Source: an uncultured virus (IMG/VR IMGVR_UViG_2645727852_000004) (Duplodnaviria; Heunggongvirae; Uroviricota; Caudoviricetes). Taken from it: a stretch of 64,000 bases of DNA. Below, piece by piece: positions 51,111-60,645 of this stretch. The notes under the pieces were generated by a model. The model did not search any database. It worked only from the letters and a program-made list of their open reading frames with translations, and had not been told where the DNA came from. The stretch's first letter is position 1. Every line of letters starts with the position of its first letter. The stretch is from IMG/VR virus record IMGVR_UViG_2645727852_000004; one strand, 5' to 3'. The position numbers and the translations under genes are program-made.

Positions 51111-52037
51111 ATGGACTTCGCTACCCTTGAGAAATTAGTTATCGACCAGCGAAAGAAGCTTATCGCCTATAAAGATAGCCAAGTGCGGCCTTTGCTTCAG
51201 TCCTATGCAGCTTTATTAAAGCAACTAGAACAAGATATCGTCACCTTGTTCATCGATACAAACGTGCAAGGTGTATGGGATTGGGAAACAATCGCACGAA
51301 CACAGCGCTTGGAAGCATTGTTTTTCCAAATAGAGGCGGAATTGCAGAAATTGGCTTACACGACCGAGCAAGGCTTACAAATCAGTATGAGTCGTGCTAT
51401 CTCAGTTGATTATGCCTTTGCTGGTTATATCATGGCACGTGTATTAGATGGTGTTACACTTATTCCGCCTATCATCCCGCAACGTGCTATTGATGAAATA
51501 CTACAGCATCCCTGGAGCGGGGATCATTTCAGTGGTCGTATATGGCACAACAAAGATTTATTGCGTACTACCTTACGCCGGGAGCTCACTCAAAGCATGG
51601 TACTTGGCGAGAGTGTACAGAAAACCACACGCCGCCTCCAGGATAAGCTTGAGACAGAAGCATACAAAGCGGAGCGATTAGTACGTAGTGAGATTATGGC
51701 AGCGGCAAACAGAGCAAATAAAGCCTATTACAAGCGATTTGATGAAGAGTACGGTGATTACAATGTACTTGAAGCCATCCGGATCATCGAAACACTCGAC
51801 CGTAAAACATGCCGGAAGTGCCGTGAAATGGATGGGAGAGAAGTTCCTGTTTCTGAAGTAGATAGCATATCAGATATTGAACATCCGAACTGCCGCAGAA
51901 CGCTTGTGCCAGTTGTAGGTGGCTTCTCACGCAATATTCAACGGGCCGCACGGGATGAGAACGGGAAGTATGTTCGTACGAATGCGAAAACATTTGATGA
52001 GTACGCACAAGAATACAACGTTCCTTCAAAATATTAA
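51111..52037 (+). CDS. Minor head morphogenesis protein (gp7-like)
   Basis: WSGDHFSGRIW, RLVRSE, HPNCR. Confidence 0.88.
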   Translation: MDFATLEKLVIDQRKKLIAYKDSQVRPLLQSYAALLKQLEQDIVTLFIDTNVQGVWDWETIARTQRLEALFFQIEAELQKLAYTTEQGLQISMSRAISVDYAFAGYIMARVLDGVTLIPPIIPQRAIDEILQHPWSGDHFSGRIWHNKDLLRTTLRRELTQSMVLGESVQKTTRRLQDKLETEAYKAERLVRSEIMAAANRANKAYYKRFDEEYGDYNVLEAIRIIETLDRKTCRKCREMDGREVPVSEVDSISDIEHPNCRRTLVPVVGGFSRNIQRAARDENGKYVRTNAKTFDEYAQEYNVPSKY

Positions 52038-52061
52038 AACCTAATATATAAGGGGGTAATT

Positions 52062-52379
52062 ATGATGAATGAAAGAGCATCTATATTAAAAGTTAGTGAT
52101 TCAGCATGCGCTCCGCATAAAGTAGGAGAGCCAGTTGGGGAACCAAGCTCGATGACAATGATTAAAGCCGCAATGGAAACGGAAATGATTGTAGAGCGTT
52201 TGAATTCAAAAGTGAGGAGAATAGGTAATATTCTTTTTGGTTCAAGCGATTTAACTAATGGTAGAGGAGATAGCGGAAATGCCACATCTGTTATAGGAAC
52301 TATTCATCAAACTATATACACAGCGTGCGAAACCGAGGATATGCTTGATAAAATATTGGATGCATTAGGGGATGAATAA
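52062..52379 (+). CDS. Hypothetical protein
   Basis: Co-oriented ORF. Confidence 0.55.
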   Translation: MMNERASILKVSDSACAPHKVGEPVGEPSSMTMIKAAMETEMIVERLNSKVRRIGNILFGSSDLTNGRGDSGNATSVIGTIHQTIYTACETEDMLDKILDALGDE

Positions 52380-52761
52380 TTTGAAAACCTGTATCCACGC
52401 ACGAGTAGTGCCGTTAGCTCACAATGTTTTTGAGGTTATCAAGAACCACCTCGATCTTGATTTTGAAAATGTTATACAGTGTAGCTTCAATTTAGATTAT
52501 CAACGATCTGTGTTTTTGACTAAAATCGAATGCATTTTAACTGATAATACAGTTAAAAACATCAGCTTAGACGAAAAGCAGTCTCGTGATTTATGGTGTG
52601 AATTGGCGACAGCCTTTAACTTACCTAGTTATTCTGTCAAAAGCGCTAGGTTTGTATTGAAATCTGATGAACTGCCCGAATTTCAAATAAGTCTTTACCC
52701 ATATGTATCTAATCCGGAAAAATTATCGAGCAATGGATTATTTTCTAAAGTGATTGGTTAA
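52372..52761 (+). CDS. Hypothetical protein
   Basis: Overlaps the upstream gene. Confidence 0.55.
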   Translation: MNNLKTCIHARVVPLAHNVFEVIKNHLDLDFENVIQCSFNLDYQRSVFLTKIECILTDNTVKNISLDEKQSRDLWCELATAFNLPSYSVKSARFVLKSDELPEFQISLYPYVSNPEKLSSNGLFSKVIG

Positions 52762-52821
52762 AAACTTCCGTTGAAAAGTAACATGGTGAGTTTGTATCAA
52801 AGAAAGAGGAGGACTGAAAAG

Positions 52822-53535
52822 ATGAAAAAGCTTGAAAAAACTAAGAAACGACTGTACATGCCAATGAACCTACAGCATTTTGGCGGTGAGCCGCCGGGAG
52901 CAGGAGATCCACCACCTAATCCACCTGCAGATCCGCCACCAAATGAACCACCAGCTCCGCCAGAGACATTCACCGCTGAACAAGTAGAGGCGGCGCGAAA
53001 TGCTGCGGTAAAAGATGCGAAAGTATCCATGTATAAAACATTAGGGGTTGCATCATTCAAGGACCTACAAGAGCGTGTAGGCGCTCAGGATAAGTTGTTT
53101 GAAGAGCTTGGCGTCAAGTCCGTTGATGAAATCAAAGACCTCCTACAAACAGCAGAGGGCAAGGCACAAACTGATGCCACATTAAAAACAGAGAATCAAC
53201 AACTGAATAGCCGTGTGAAAGATTTGGAGATCGAAAATGCGTTTATCAAGAGTGCCACAGAGCACAAGCCGCATGACTACGATCTCCTTTTTGCTGCCAT
53301 CAAACTACACTTGACCACGGACCCAGACACTGGAGCGGTCGATAACATGGCAGAGGTAATCCAGAAGGTAAAAGAGGAAAAACCGTTCCTATTTTCTACT
53401 GAAGGAGGTGATAACGGAAATACGCCGCCAACACCACCACCGCCACCGGGACAAGGAAATCCACCAGGGTCTTTAAAAGGAGTAGACCTTGGCAAAAGCA
53501 TCGCGCAGCAGCGCAACCAACAAGGAGGGAAATAA
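52822..53535 (+). CDS. Capsid scaffolding protein
   Basis: PMNLQHF cleavage-type motif, coiled coil, KPFLF. Confidence 0.85.
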   Translation: MKKLEKTKKRLYMPMNLQHFGGEPPGAGDPPPNPPADPPPNEPPAPPETFTAEQVEAARNAAVKDAKVSMYKTLGVASFKDLQERVGAQDKLFEELGVKSVDEIKDLLQTAEGKAQTDATLKTENQQLNSRVKDLEIENAFIKSATEHKPHDYDLLFAAIKLHLTTDPDTGAVDNMAEVIQKVKEEKPFLFSTEGGDNGNTPPTPPPPPGQGNPPGSLKGVDLGKSIAQQRNQQGGK

Positions 53536-53538
53536 GGT

Positions 53539-53871
53539 ATGAATCTGAACAGACGAGAAACAGTTTATAGCTCTGGCAAGGAATACCTATATACTACTGC
53601 TGGAGCAATTATGGACGCAGTGACGCTTGATGCAACCAAGTTTAATGGACAAGTTAAAGCGGGTACTGCTCTATCCATTCAAGCAAATGGTAAGGCAAAA
53701 CCTTGGGAAGATGCCGATACAGGTCGAGCTATTATTCTGGACCGTACAGAAAGAGTAAATGGTCAAGATATCTCATCTACTTGCTTAATCGCTGGCATTG
53801 TTCGAGAGTCGAAATGCACCGGCCTAACAGATGCGTTCAAAGAAAAAACTAAAAACATTGACTACATGTAA
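53539..53871 (+). CDS. Head decoration protein
   Basis: VKAGT motif; precedes the capsid gene. Confidence 0.7.
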   Translation: MNLNRRETVYSSGKEYLYTTAGAIMDAVTLDATKFNGQVKAGTALSIQANGKAKPWEDADTGRAIILDRTERVNGQDISSTCLIAGIVRESKCTGLTDAFKEKTKNIDYM

Positions 53872-53879
53872 GGAGGACA

Positions 53880-54893
53880 TTGAACATGGGTATTCTTTCA
53901 ATTGATGAATTTAAGCGTGAGGCGTTGCTTGGTTATATCCAAGAACGCCAGTATCCTGTGATAGATGCGTTGATTCCATATATGCCGAAAGATGAGCAGG
54001 CATTTGACCTTGATTTTGCCTATGACATGATCGGAACAGCTAAAAACCCAGCGGCGGCCATTCGTCCATTTGGTGCAGTTGCTCCGCTTCGTGAAGGAGG
54101 GGAAATCAAACGAGTTGTACAAGAAGTAGCAAAACTTCAACATGCTCGTCGTATTGATGAACGTGACCAAATTCGTTTTATGAATCCGCGAAGCGATGCA
54201 GAACGTTCCCAAACAATCAAAAAGGTGTACGACATCGTGGATGACCTTGTACAAGGTACAAACCGCATGGAAGCATTTATGCGTGCTGCAGCTGTCTATG
54301 TTGGTAGATTGGTATATAAACAAAACAATATGCCTCTGGATATTGATTTTGGCATTCCGGCAACAAATAAAGTAGCTTTGACAGGTACAGACCTATTTGG
54401 TGACCATGCAAATGCGAAACCACTCGAAGTACTTATTGAATACGCTCGTATGTTCGCAGATAAAAATGGGGGCCTAATGCCAGCCGCCATTCACGTATCT
54501 CGGGATGTTCTTTGGGATATTACCAAGTGCAAAAACACGATTGATAACATTAAGGGAATCAATCAGGGTGCAGTAACCATTGATGAAGTAAATCAATTCT
54601 TAAATCGCTTCGGTCTACCTAGTCTTGCGTTGGATGATTACACGGTTTACTTTGAAGAAACGGATACAACCGAACGTTTACTTCCTGTTCGTCGTGTTGC
54701 TTTTATCGGAGTACAGAACGCACCAGCCGTCGGCTCATTGGTTGAAGGACCTACTGCCAAAAACAAATTTCAGCCTGGACGATACATTGACCCGAGAACA
54801 GATGATGACACGGAAAACGAAACGATTGAAGTAGGCGAAGCGGTGTTCCCGGCACTTAAATATCCATCTGCAATTTTCCATCTAGACGTATAG
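53880..54893 (+). CDS. Major capsid protein (E-like)
   Basis: IDFGIPA motif; size and position. Confidence 0.88.
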   Translation: MNMGILSIDEFKREALLGYIQERQYPVIDALIPYMPKDEQAFDLDFAYDMIGTAKNPAAAIRPFGAVAPLREGGEIKRVVQEVAKLQHARRIDERDQIRFMNPRSDAERSQTIKKVYDIVDDLVQGTNRMEAFMRAAAVYVGRLVYKQNNMPLDIDFGIPATNKVALTGTDLFGDHANAKPLEVLIEYARMFADKNGGLMPAAIHVSRDVLWDITKCKNTIDNIKGINQGAVTIDEVNQFLNRFGLPSLALDDYTVYFEETDTTERLLPVRRVAFIGVQNAPAVGSLVEGPTAKNKFQPGRYIDPRTDDDTENETIEVGEAVFPALKYPSAIFHLDV

Positions 54894-54903
54894 GAGGACT
54901 ATT

Positions 54904-55101
54904 ATGTCAAAGCAAAATATGAAAACCATTCAGGCGTTAATTAACATCCGCTACGACGGAAAAAATCATGCACCTTCTTCTATTCTCGAAGTAGATGAAC
55001 AGACTGCTAACGAGTTGATTGAGAAAGAACAAGCAGTGGAGGTGGAAGCTGTCAATGAGAAGCCTCGTACTCGAAACAGAAGCCACGACCCTGTTTCCTA
55101 A
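54904..55101 (+). CDS. Small head-associated protein
   Basis: RBS AGGAGG; position. Confidence 0.6.
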   Translation: MSKQNMKTIQALINIRYDGKNHAPSSILEVDEQTANELIEKEQAVEVEAVNEKPRTRNRSHDPVS

Positions 55102-55390
55102 TCTCACTGGAATGGATAACTTAGGCGCCGCGCTATTACAGGCGTCTATTTTTGTCCTTTCGTCTTGTTCTCTTCCGATTCCTGAACCTACACCTGATGA
55201 TGTAAAGCTGGTTGTTTGTCTACTTGTTCAAGTCATGCAGCCGGTCACACAGGTTAAAAGCGTGGAACGCTCCGATTTCAAACAAACGTTCGATACAAAG
55301 GACACGCGATGGCCTATGATTGAGCGGATGCTGAAGAAATACGGATATGATACAGGGGATCTGGAGGATAGTGTGGTGAGGTTCTATTGA
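55055..55390 (+). CDS. Head-tail connector
   Basis: Position; RBS GGAGGTGG. Confidence 0.6.
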   Translation: MRSLVLETEATTLFPNLTGMDNLGAALLQASIFVLSSCSLPIPEPTPDDVKLVVCLLVQVMQPVTQVKSVERSDFKQTFDTKDTRWPMIERMLKKYGYDTGDLEDSVVRFY

Positions 55391-55767
55391 TAGACGGCTT
55401 AATCAATGGAATGGACCCTTATGATTACACGTTATTCCAACGGGCTAAAATTGAGCGTCGAGTAAAAGGGGACGACAAGTACAACCCTAAGTCAAAGATT
55501 GAAAAAATCGCTGAGGACGTTCCGTGCGGCATCGGGAACAAGACAGGAACAGCAACGGCTATACGAGATGGAATCGGCAATGTTGAAGTGCAACAACTTT
55601 ATCTCATGCATACACGCTTCCCAGACATTAAGGCAGGAGATATTATCACTGTAACCGGTGGCGGCGTAGTATTTGGTAAGTACCGTGCCGCCCCACCTTA
55701 CCCGGTTATGGATGAAAAGGGAGTCCATCATTATGAAATTACACTGGAAGTGACAAATGACGCTTAG
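55387..55767 (+). CDS. Head closure/adaptor protein
   Basis: DIKAGDII...HHYEI; position. Confidence 0.65.
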   Translation: MIDGLINGMDPYDYTLFQRAKIERRVKGDDKYNPKSKIEKIAEDVPCGIGNKTGTATAIRDGIGNVEVQQLYLMHTRFPDIKAGDIITVTGGGVVFGKYRAAPPYPVMDEKGVHHYEITLEVTNDA

Positions 55768-55835
55768 TTTATCGGAAACAATTTCTATTATCTCCGTATT
55801 TTTGATAGAATAGCAAAAAAGGGGGAGATAATAGT

Positions 55836-56156
55836 ATGAAAAAAGTATGGTTTGCTCTTATTCTTGTTTTCGGGTTACTACCAGGCGTAGCTTCAGCTCA
55901 ACTTTCAGTAGAAGAAACAAAGATCCAAAGTGTGTACTATGATCCAGACTATAAAGCCTACTACATGGTAACGGCAGAAGATAAGTATGGATCTACTTGG
56001 GATTTATGGCTTGTTGATTCAAAGAAAGAAAATCCGAAATTAACAAAATCCTTGAATCAATCTTTCCTCAATCAAAAAGTGGAAGTGCTATATGAGGATT
56101 ATAATACTGAGGACTATACTCAGTGGGAATTACTTGACTACACTCTAACAAATTAA
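55836..56156 (+). CDS. Secreted moron protein
   Basis: Own TG-TAGAAT -10, signal peptide and terminator. Confidence 0.65.
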   Translation: MKKVWFALILVFGLLPGVASAQLSVEETKIQSVYYDPDYKAYYMVTAEDKYGSTWDLWLVDSKKENPKLTKSLNQSFLNQKVEVLYEDYNTEDYTQWELLDYTLTN

Positions 56157-56215
56157 ACAGGAGGGAGGCTGTACATACAGTCTCCTTTTTCTATGGCAAG
56201 AAACGGGGTGAATAC

Positions 56216-56659
56216 ATGTCAGATGGCTTTGTCATTGAAGGATTAGACCAGTTTCACCGTCAACTGCTCGCATTCACAAAGAACAAATTCCCACGAGCGG
56301 TAGAAGCGTGGTGTGAAGGGTTAGCGATGCGTCTTATGGAGCGGGTTGCAGACTTAGCTCCAGTTCGTGAAGATCCGGGAGGCGGACGTCTACGAAACTC
56401 ATATGTTACCGCCTCAATGGGGCAATCAGATGAGGATGCTTATTTCGAGAGAATTGGCCGTGGTGGAAACATTACTGTTCTTGTTGGATCGAATGTAGAA
56501 TATGCCGACTACGTGAATACTGGTCACAAACTACGAAATGGGGCGTGGTGGGAAGGCTATCATTATTTCGATGATGCTTGGGATGAATTTGAGGTAGAGG
56601 CTGCTGATTGGTTAGCCGATCGATTGGAGGAATTATTCAGTGAGTCAGGCCTTAGCTAA
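56216..56659 (+). CDS. HK97 gp10-family protein
   Basis: APV..GRLRNS, SNVEYADYVNTGH. Confidence 0.85.
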   Translation: MSDGFVIEGLDQFHRQLLAFTKNKFPRAVEAWCEGLAMRLMERVADLAPVREDPGGGRLRNSYVTASMGQSDEDAYFERIGRGGNITVLVGSNVEYADYVNTGHKLRNGAWWEGYHYFDDAWDEFEVEAADWLADRLEELFSESGLS

Positions 56660-57146
56660 ATACGACTTGAATGGGGCCTTAAAGTATTTTCAAGATAAGA
56701 CGGGTATTGCCGGCTTTGACCATCAACAAGCCCAAAACGCCAAGCGACCCTATTTCTACTTTGAGCCGCCCCGACCTGGAAAGGTAGTAGCCGCCAGCGG
56801 CTTCTTTCAGCACCGTGTTACTTTACACGGTGTTTTGTTTTGTCCACCGGAAGGGGAAGCAAATGACCAGAACGAGATGCAGGACGTTATGGCTGCGCTT
56901 GACCACTGGATTGCAGCTGACCGCTTCCGGATACAGTGTGCAGATGAGAACTACAACGCCTATCCTGCCTGGATGGAAGAGGTACAACTCAGTTATCAGA
57001 GAGTGGATGTGGATGTGATTGCTTTTCAGTTACGCGGAGAACGTTTTGTTAACTATCCGCAAGAAGAGCAAACATTGACCAGTAAGGTGTATAACAACAA
57101 TGCCATTGAGAGAGGTGGGAGCGTATGGCAAAGAGAGCGGAAGTAA
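56640..57146 (+). CDS. Tail terminator-like protein
   Basis: Position before the sheath gene. Confidence 0.6.
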   Translation: MSQALAKYDLNGALKYFQDKTGIAGFDHQQAQNAKRPYFYFEPPRPGKVVAASGFFQHRVTLHGVLFCPPEGEANDQNEMQDVMAALDHWIAADRFRIQCADENYNAYPAWMEEVQLSYQRVDVDVIAFQLRGERFVNYPQEEQTLTSKVYNNNAIERGGSVWQRERK

Positions 57147-57349
57147 AAGAAGAAACGACGCAGGAACAAAACGAGAGCTTACTACAGGCCGTAACAGCCT
57201 CATACAAGCGCGAGGAACTTATCAGGCATGCTGAGTCAGCGCTAGGTGTTCCGGGCTATGTGGCAGCAGGAGTATTGACAGAAGACGAGTACACCGTAGC
57301 CGCAGCGAAAAAAGCGATTGAGGCATTCAAGGGAAAGGAAGTGAAGTAG
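57125..57349 (+). CDS. Small tail-associated protein
   Basis: Overlapping operon gene. Confidence 0.6.
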   Translation: MAKRAEVKEETTQEQNESLLQAVTASYKREELIRHAESALGVPGYVAAGVLTEDEYTVAAAKKAIEAFKGKEVK

Positions 57350-57350
57350 T

Positions 57351-58742
57351 TTGAAACCATTTGTTGAAGGAAGACATGAAGCACAAGCAGGCGTCTTCTC
57401 TCGTTTTGATATGGTGGTGCAAAATGCCGTGGCTGAAGGAGCCCGCGGTATTATTGCCATGCCGTTTAAGTCTGATTGGGGTCCAGTAAAAGAGTTTGTG
57501 GAGCTCACCGCTTTTTCAGACGCAAAAGAAATATTTGGGGAAGGACAGACAGCTCGCTTGCTCCGTGTAGCGTTCTGGGGCAATCCACTGGCTGTTAAAG
57601 CCTATCGTATTGCTTCAAGCAAACTGGCAAAGGCAAAGCTTGCCCTCGATACAATCGAGATTGAAGCGCTCTATGCGGGTACACGCGGGAATAAGTTTCA
57701 AATAACTATCCGCCCAACGCTTGCGGACCCTGCTAAGAAAGAGCTGATTTTGACAGAAGATGCACTTCAGTTAGAATCCATCATCTTCGGTAGCATTTCC
57801 GAGTTGATAGAGATAGCAAATGACAGCGCCTATATCCGCGTGAAGAAAACAGGCGAAGAGATGCCAGTCGATGCGAGTGGTCAGGCGCTTACAGGCGGCC
57901 ATTCCGGTGAAGATGTAACCACCACGGAATACTCTGAGTTTCTGAATGCGCTGGCGGCTGAATACGCAAACCGCTTTGTTCTGGATGGTGTAAAGGACGA
58001 GGCTATCAAACAGATGTGCATCCAATACGAAAAGGAACAGCGACAAACAGGGAAGCTCATTAAGTTCGATACAGGTGGTATGGATGCCCTCACCATCGAC
58101 TATTACGGCGTAACAAACATAAAACAATGGGCCAAGAAAGACGGGATTAAATACGAACCGGAAGAGGTTGCGGTATATGCAAGCGCAGCAGCTGCATCTT
58201 GCCCGTTGAATGAATCGTTGGCACAGAAGGTCACACCGTTTGATGAAGTACAGAAGCTTGATAATGTGGCATTAAATAAGGCTATCAAGGAAGGGAACCT
58301 TTGCTTTATTCAAGAAGGCCGAACAGTGAAATTCTCCACACCGGTAAATACCATGACGACAATTAAAAACCTAGACTCGGTGATTACGTTGGATCCGGAA
58401 GCGGATGTAGATGCAGTTATCCGCACATTGCAGAAGATTAAAATCATTGAGGCAGCGGACTACATCTTTGAAGCACAAGACAAGCTATTCCAGAAGCCGA
58501 TTAGTAAGGCGAATACGGAAGCAAGACGACTTGCAACGGCGCAGGAAATGAAGGACAAGCTACTTGCTCCCCTGGCCGCACAGGAAGTCATTGAGGGCGG
58601 TTCGTATAGTTGCTATCCGAATCCGGATTACCATGGGCCAGAACCAAAGAAAAATACTCACAAGGATGAGCAATACTATATCACCGCGTTCACGCTAATC
58701 GATGCGGCCGAGAAAATCTATAACCAAAACAAAGCGTCCTAA
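57351..58742 (+). CDS. Tail sheath protein (XkdK-like)
   Basis: RGIIAMP..DWGP, ALYAGTRGN, LTGG. Confidence 0.88.
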   Translation: MKPFVEGRHEAQAGVFSRFDMVVQNAVAEGARGIIAMPFKSDWGPVKEFVELTAFSDAKEIFGEGQTARLLRVAFWGNPLAVKAYRIASSKLAKAKLALDTIEIEALYAGTRGNKFQITIRPTLADPAKKELILTEDALQLESIIFGSISELIEIANDSAYIRVKKTGEEMPVDASGQALTGGHSGEDVTTTEYSEFLNALAAEYANRFVLDGVKDEAIKQMCIQYEKEQRQTGKLIKFDTGGMDALTIDYYGVTNIKQWAKKDGIKYEPEEVAVYASAAAASCPLNESLAQKVTPFDEVQKLDNVALNKAIKEGNLCFIQEGRTVKFSTPVNTMTTIKNLDSVITLDPEADVDAVIRTLQKIKIIEAADYIFEAQDKLFQKPISKANTEARRLATAQEMKDKLLAPLAAQEVIEGGSYSCYPNPDYHGPEPKKNTHKDEQYYITAFTLIDAAEKIYNQNKAS

Positions 58743-58755
58743 GGAGGTGTAATGA

Positions 58756-59193
58756 GTGGGAGCATATGACAGAGGATTGCCATACATGAAACCACGGGAA
58801 GTTGCCCGGGGGATGTATGGGCACGTTTATGATGACGGCGAATTTATGGATAACGTTACAGAGTTTGAAGCACGAATTAAATTTAAGAAGAAAGAAGTAG
58901 AGCGTGCTAATGCCTTTATGGATGGGAATCGCATCATGGGTGGTAAAGGTGAAGGGAAAATAAAACTTCATCTTACCAATGCGGAGTTCATGAAGCGGTT
59001 ATCAGAGGACCCAGACCGTGAATATACCTTCATTGGTGATGTTGATGACCCAGATCCGATGACTGCGTCAGCAAACTATAAAGTGGTTATCAATGGCGTA
59101 AACTTTGACGAAGTACCTATTCATCAATTCAAGGTTGGAGAAACTATTGAAATCGACATATCTTTCACGTTTGACGACTGGGAGTGGCTATAG
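58756..59193 (+). CDS. Tail tube protein (XkdM-like)
   Basis: GMYGHVY..., DDPD, FTFDDWE. Confidence 0.88.
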   Translation: MGAYDRGLPYMKPREVARGMYGHVYDDGEFMDNVTEFEARIKFKKKEVERANAFMDGNRIMGGKGEGKIKLHLTNAEFMKRLSEDPDREYTFIGDVDDPDPMTASANYKVVINGVNFDEVPIHQFKVGETIEIDISFTFDDWEWL

Positions 59194-59241
59194 GCCGCTC
59201 CTTTTCTCGTAGCTTTCTAAAACTAAGGAGGAATATATATT

Positions 59242-59664
59242 ATGGCAGAAAACATTGAATTCATTTCATTAGAGGAAATCCTTTCAGAAGACTTGAATGT
59301 TGTGACAGAAGAGGTTCCCGTTCAACTTATTAACGGAAAGTACCTAAAACTTGAAATCAAATCAATTACACAAGAAGTAGAAGCGAAAATCAGGAAGCGC
59401 TGCACGAGGTATGAGGGAAGTAAAAAGAGTGCCCGCACCCCAGTTCTCGATGATGCATTGTATAGCTCCTTGCTCATCGCAGAAGCAACCAATGTAGATT
59501 GGGGGATGTTTGCGGAAAAAGTAGGGGCCAAGGTACCAGCTCCAGAATTCATCATTCCAAAGGTTCTCAGTTTGGGTGGAATTGTACAAGCAACTCAAGG
59601 AATCACGCGTATTTCCGGTCTGGATGAAGAGATGGAGGACTTGATAGCAGCAGCAAAAAACTAA
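59242..59664 (+). CDS. Tail assembly chaperone (XkdN-like)
   Basis: Ends AKN with the slippery site A AAA AAC; -1 frame open to 59822. Confidence 0.85.
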   Translation: MAENIEFISLEEILSEDLNVVTEEVPVQLINGKYLKLEIKSITQEVEAKIRKRCTRYEGSKKSARTPVLDDALYSSLLIAEATNVDWGMFAEKVGAKVPAPEFIIPKVLSLGGIVQATQGITRISGLDEEMEDLIAAAKN

Positions 59665-59847
59665 TTGAAAGCGATGGGGATGCGTCCTGGTGGCATGTTA
59701 TGTTTCAAGAAAAAGGAATTGACCCGGACGATTGGAATGAAATGCGACCGCGTAAAAAGGCACTGCTCATCGCTTCAATGGAGATAGAGTCTGAAAAGAG
59801 AAAGAAAGAAGCAAATGGATAGTAGCTTGCAGCTACATTGTGATTAT

Positions 59848-60013
59848 TGATATAATGAATGTAAGCTATAAGTAATGAATATACTAAAAAAGACCGCTCG
59901 GTGCTACCAACACCAAACGGTCCTGTACAATAGACGCTCTCACGAGGAGCGGCTCAGGTTTTGTCTAAGAAATAGATCGGTGACCTTGTCGGGGGCGGTC
60001 TATTTCTTTTTTG
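59848..60013 (+). ncRNA. Putative type I antitoxin RNA
   Basis: TG-a-TATAAT promoter; terminator AAGAAATAGA...TCTATTTCTTTTTT overlaps the toxin 3' end. Confidence 0.55.
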
Positions 60014-60110
60014 TTAAAAGAAGTGTCACAATGGCTACGATTACACCAACAAATGTTAGTGTGTATATGCCGAAGTTTAATGCAAGATTTGCTGCATCGT
60101 ATGACACCAT
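60000..60110 (-). CDS. Type I holin-like toxin peptide (36 aa)
   Basis: MVSYDAANLALNFGIYTLTFVGVIVAIVTLLLTKKK; RBS GGGGGTG; TG-t-TATAAT at ~60189-60197. Confidence 0.75.
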   Translation of the reverse strand: MVSYDAANLALNFGIYTLTFVGVIVAIVTLLLTKKK

Positions 60111-60295
60111 GTTCTCACCCCCTTCCATCAAGAAGATGGATAGTGCAGGAGTGAGCCGCCCCCGGAGCCTTGTCTATGTACAAGGAAAATTATAACACAC
60201 AAAGCACTCTTAGACGAAAATGCTTTCTATTTTGGAAAAACCACTCCTTATCCTCCAAAAAGTAAGGTAAAATGTGAGGAAAAGGGGGAGATTGG

Positions 60296-60580
60296 ATGGC
60301 TCTTTTTGGTAAGAAAGAGAAGCAAGAGGAAGTACAACAAGAGCTTGATATGTTGGTTACAACTACGGAGAACATCGGAAGGCCATATGAAGTACTCGGA
60401 CTTGTTACTGCGAAAACGCGAAAAACAATCGATTTTGATTATGAGACTACAACAAACGAATTGGTACAAAGAGCAATGCGAATCGAGGCAGATGCCATAG
60501 TAGGTTTTAAATATGAAATATCAAATACAGGCAGTATAACTGACATAATAGCTTACGGAACAGCAGTCAAATTCAAATAG
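60296..60580 (+). CDS. YbjQ/UPF0145-like protein
   Basis: VTTTEN, ADAIVGF, AYGTAVK. Confidence 0.75.
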   Translation: MALFGKKEKQEEVQQELDMLVTTTENIGRPYEVLGLVTAKTRKTIDFDYETTTNELVQRAMRIEADAIVGFKYEISNTGSITDIIAYGTAVKFK

Positions 60581-60645
60581 TTAGCATTAACAAAGTCACT
60601 CAAATTGAGTGGCTTTTTATTTTGTCTTAAAAAAGAGGTGGGCAA

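Noticed and set aside
59875..60195. 106-aa plus-strand ORF
   Set aside because: No RBS; overlaps the antitoxin RNA and is antisense to the toxin.
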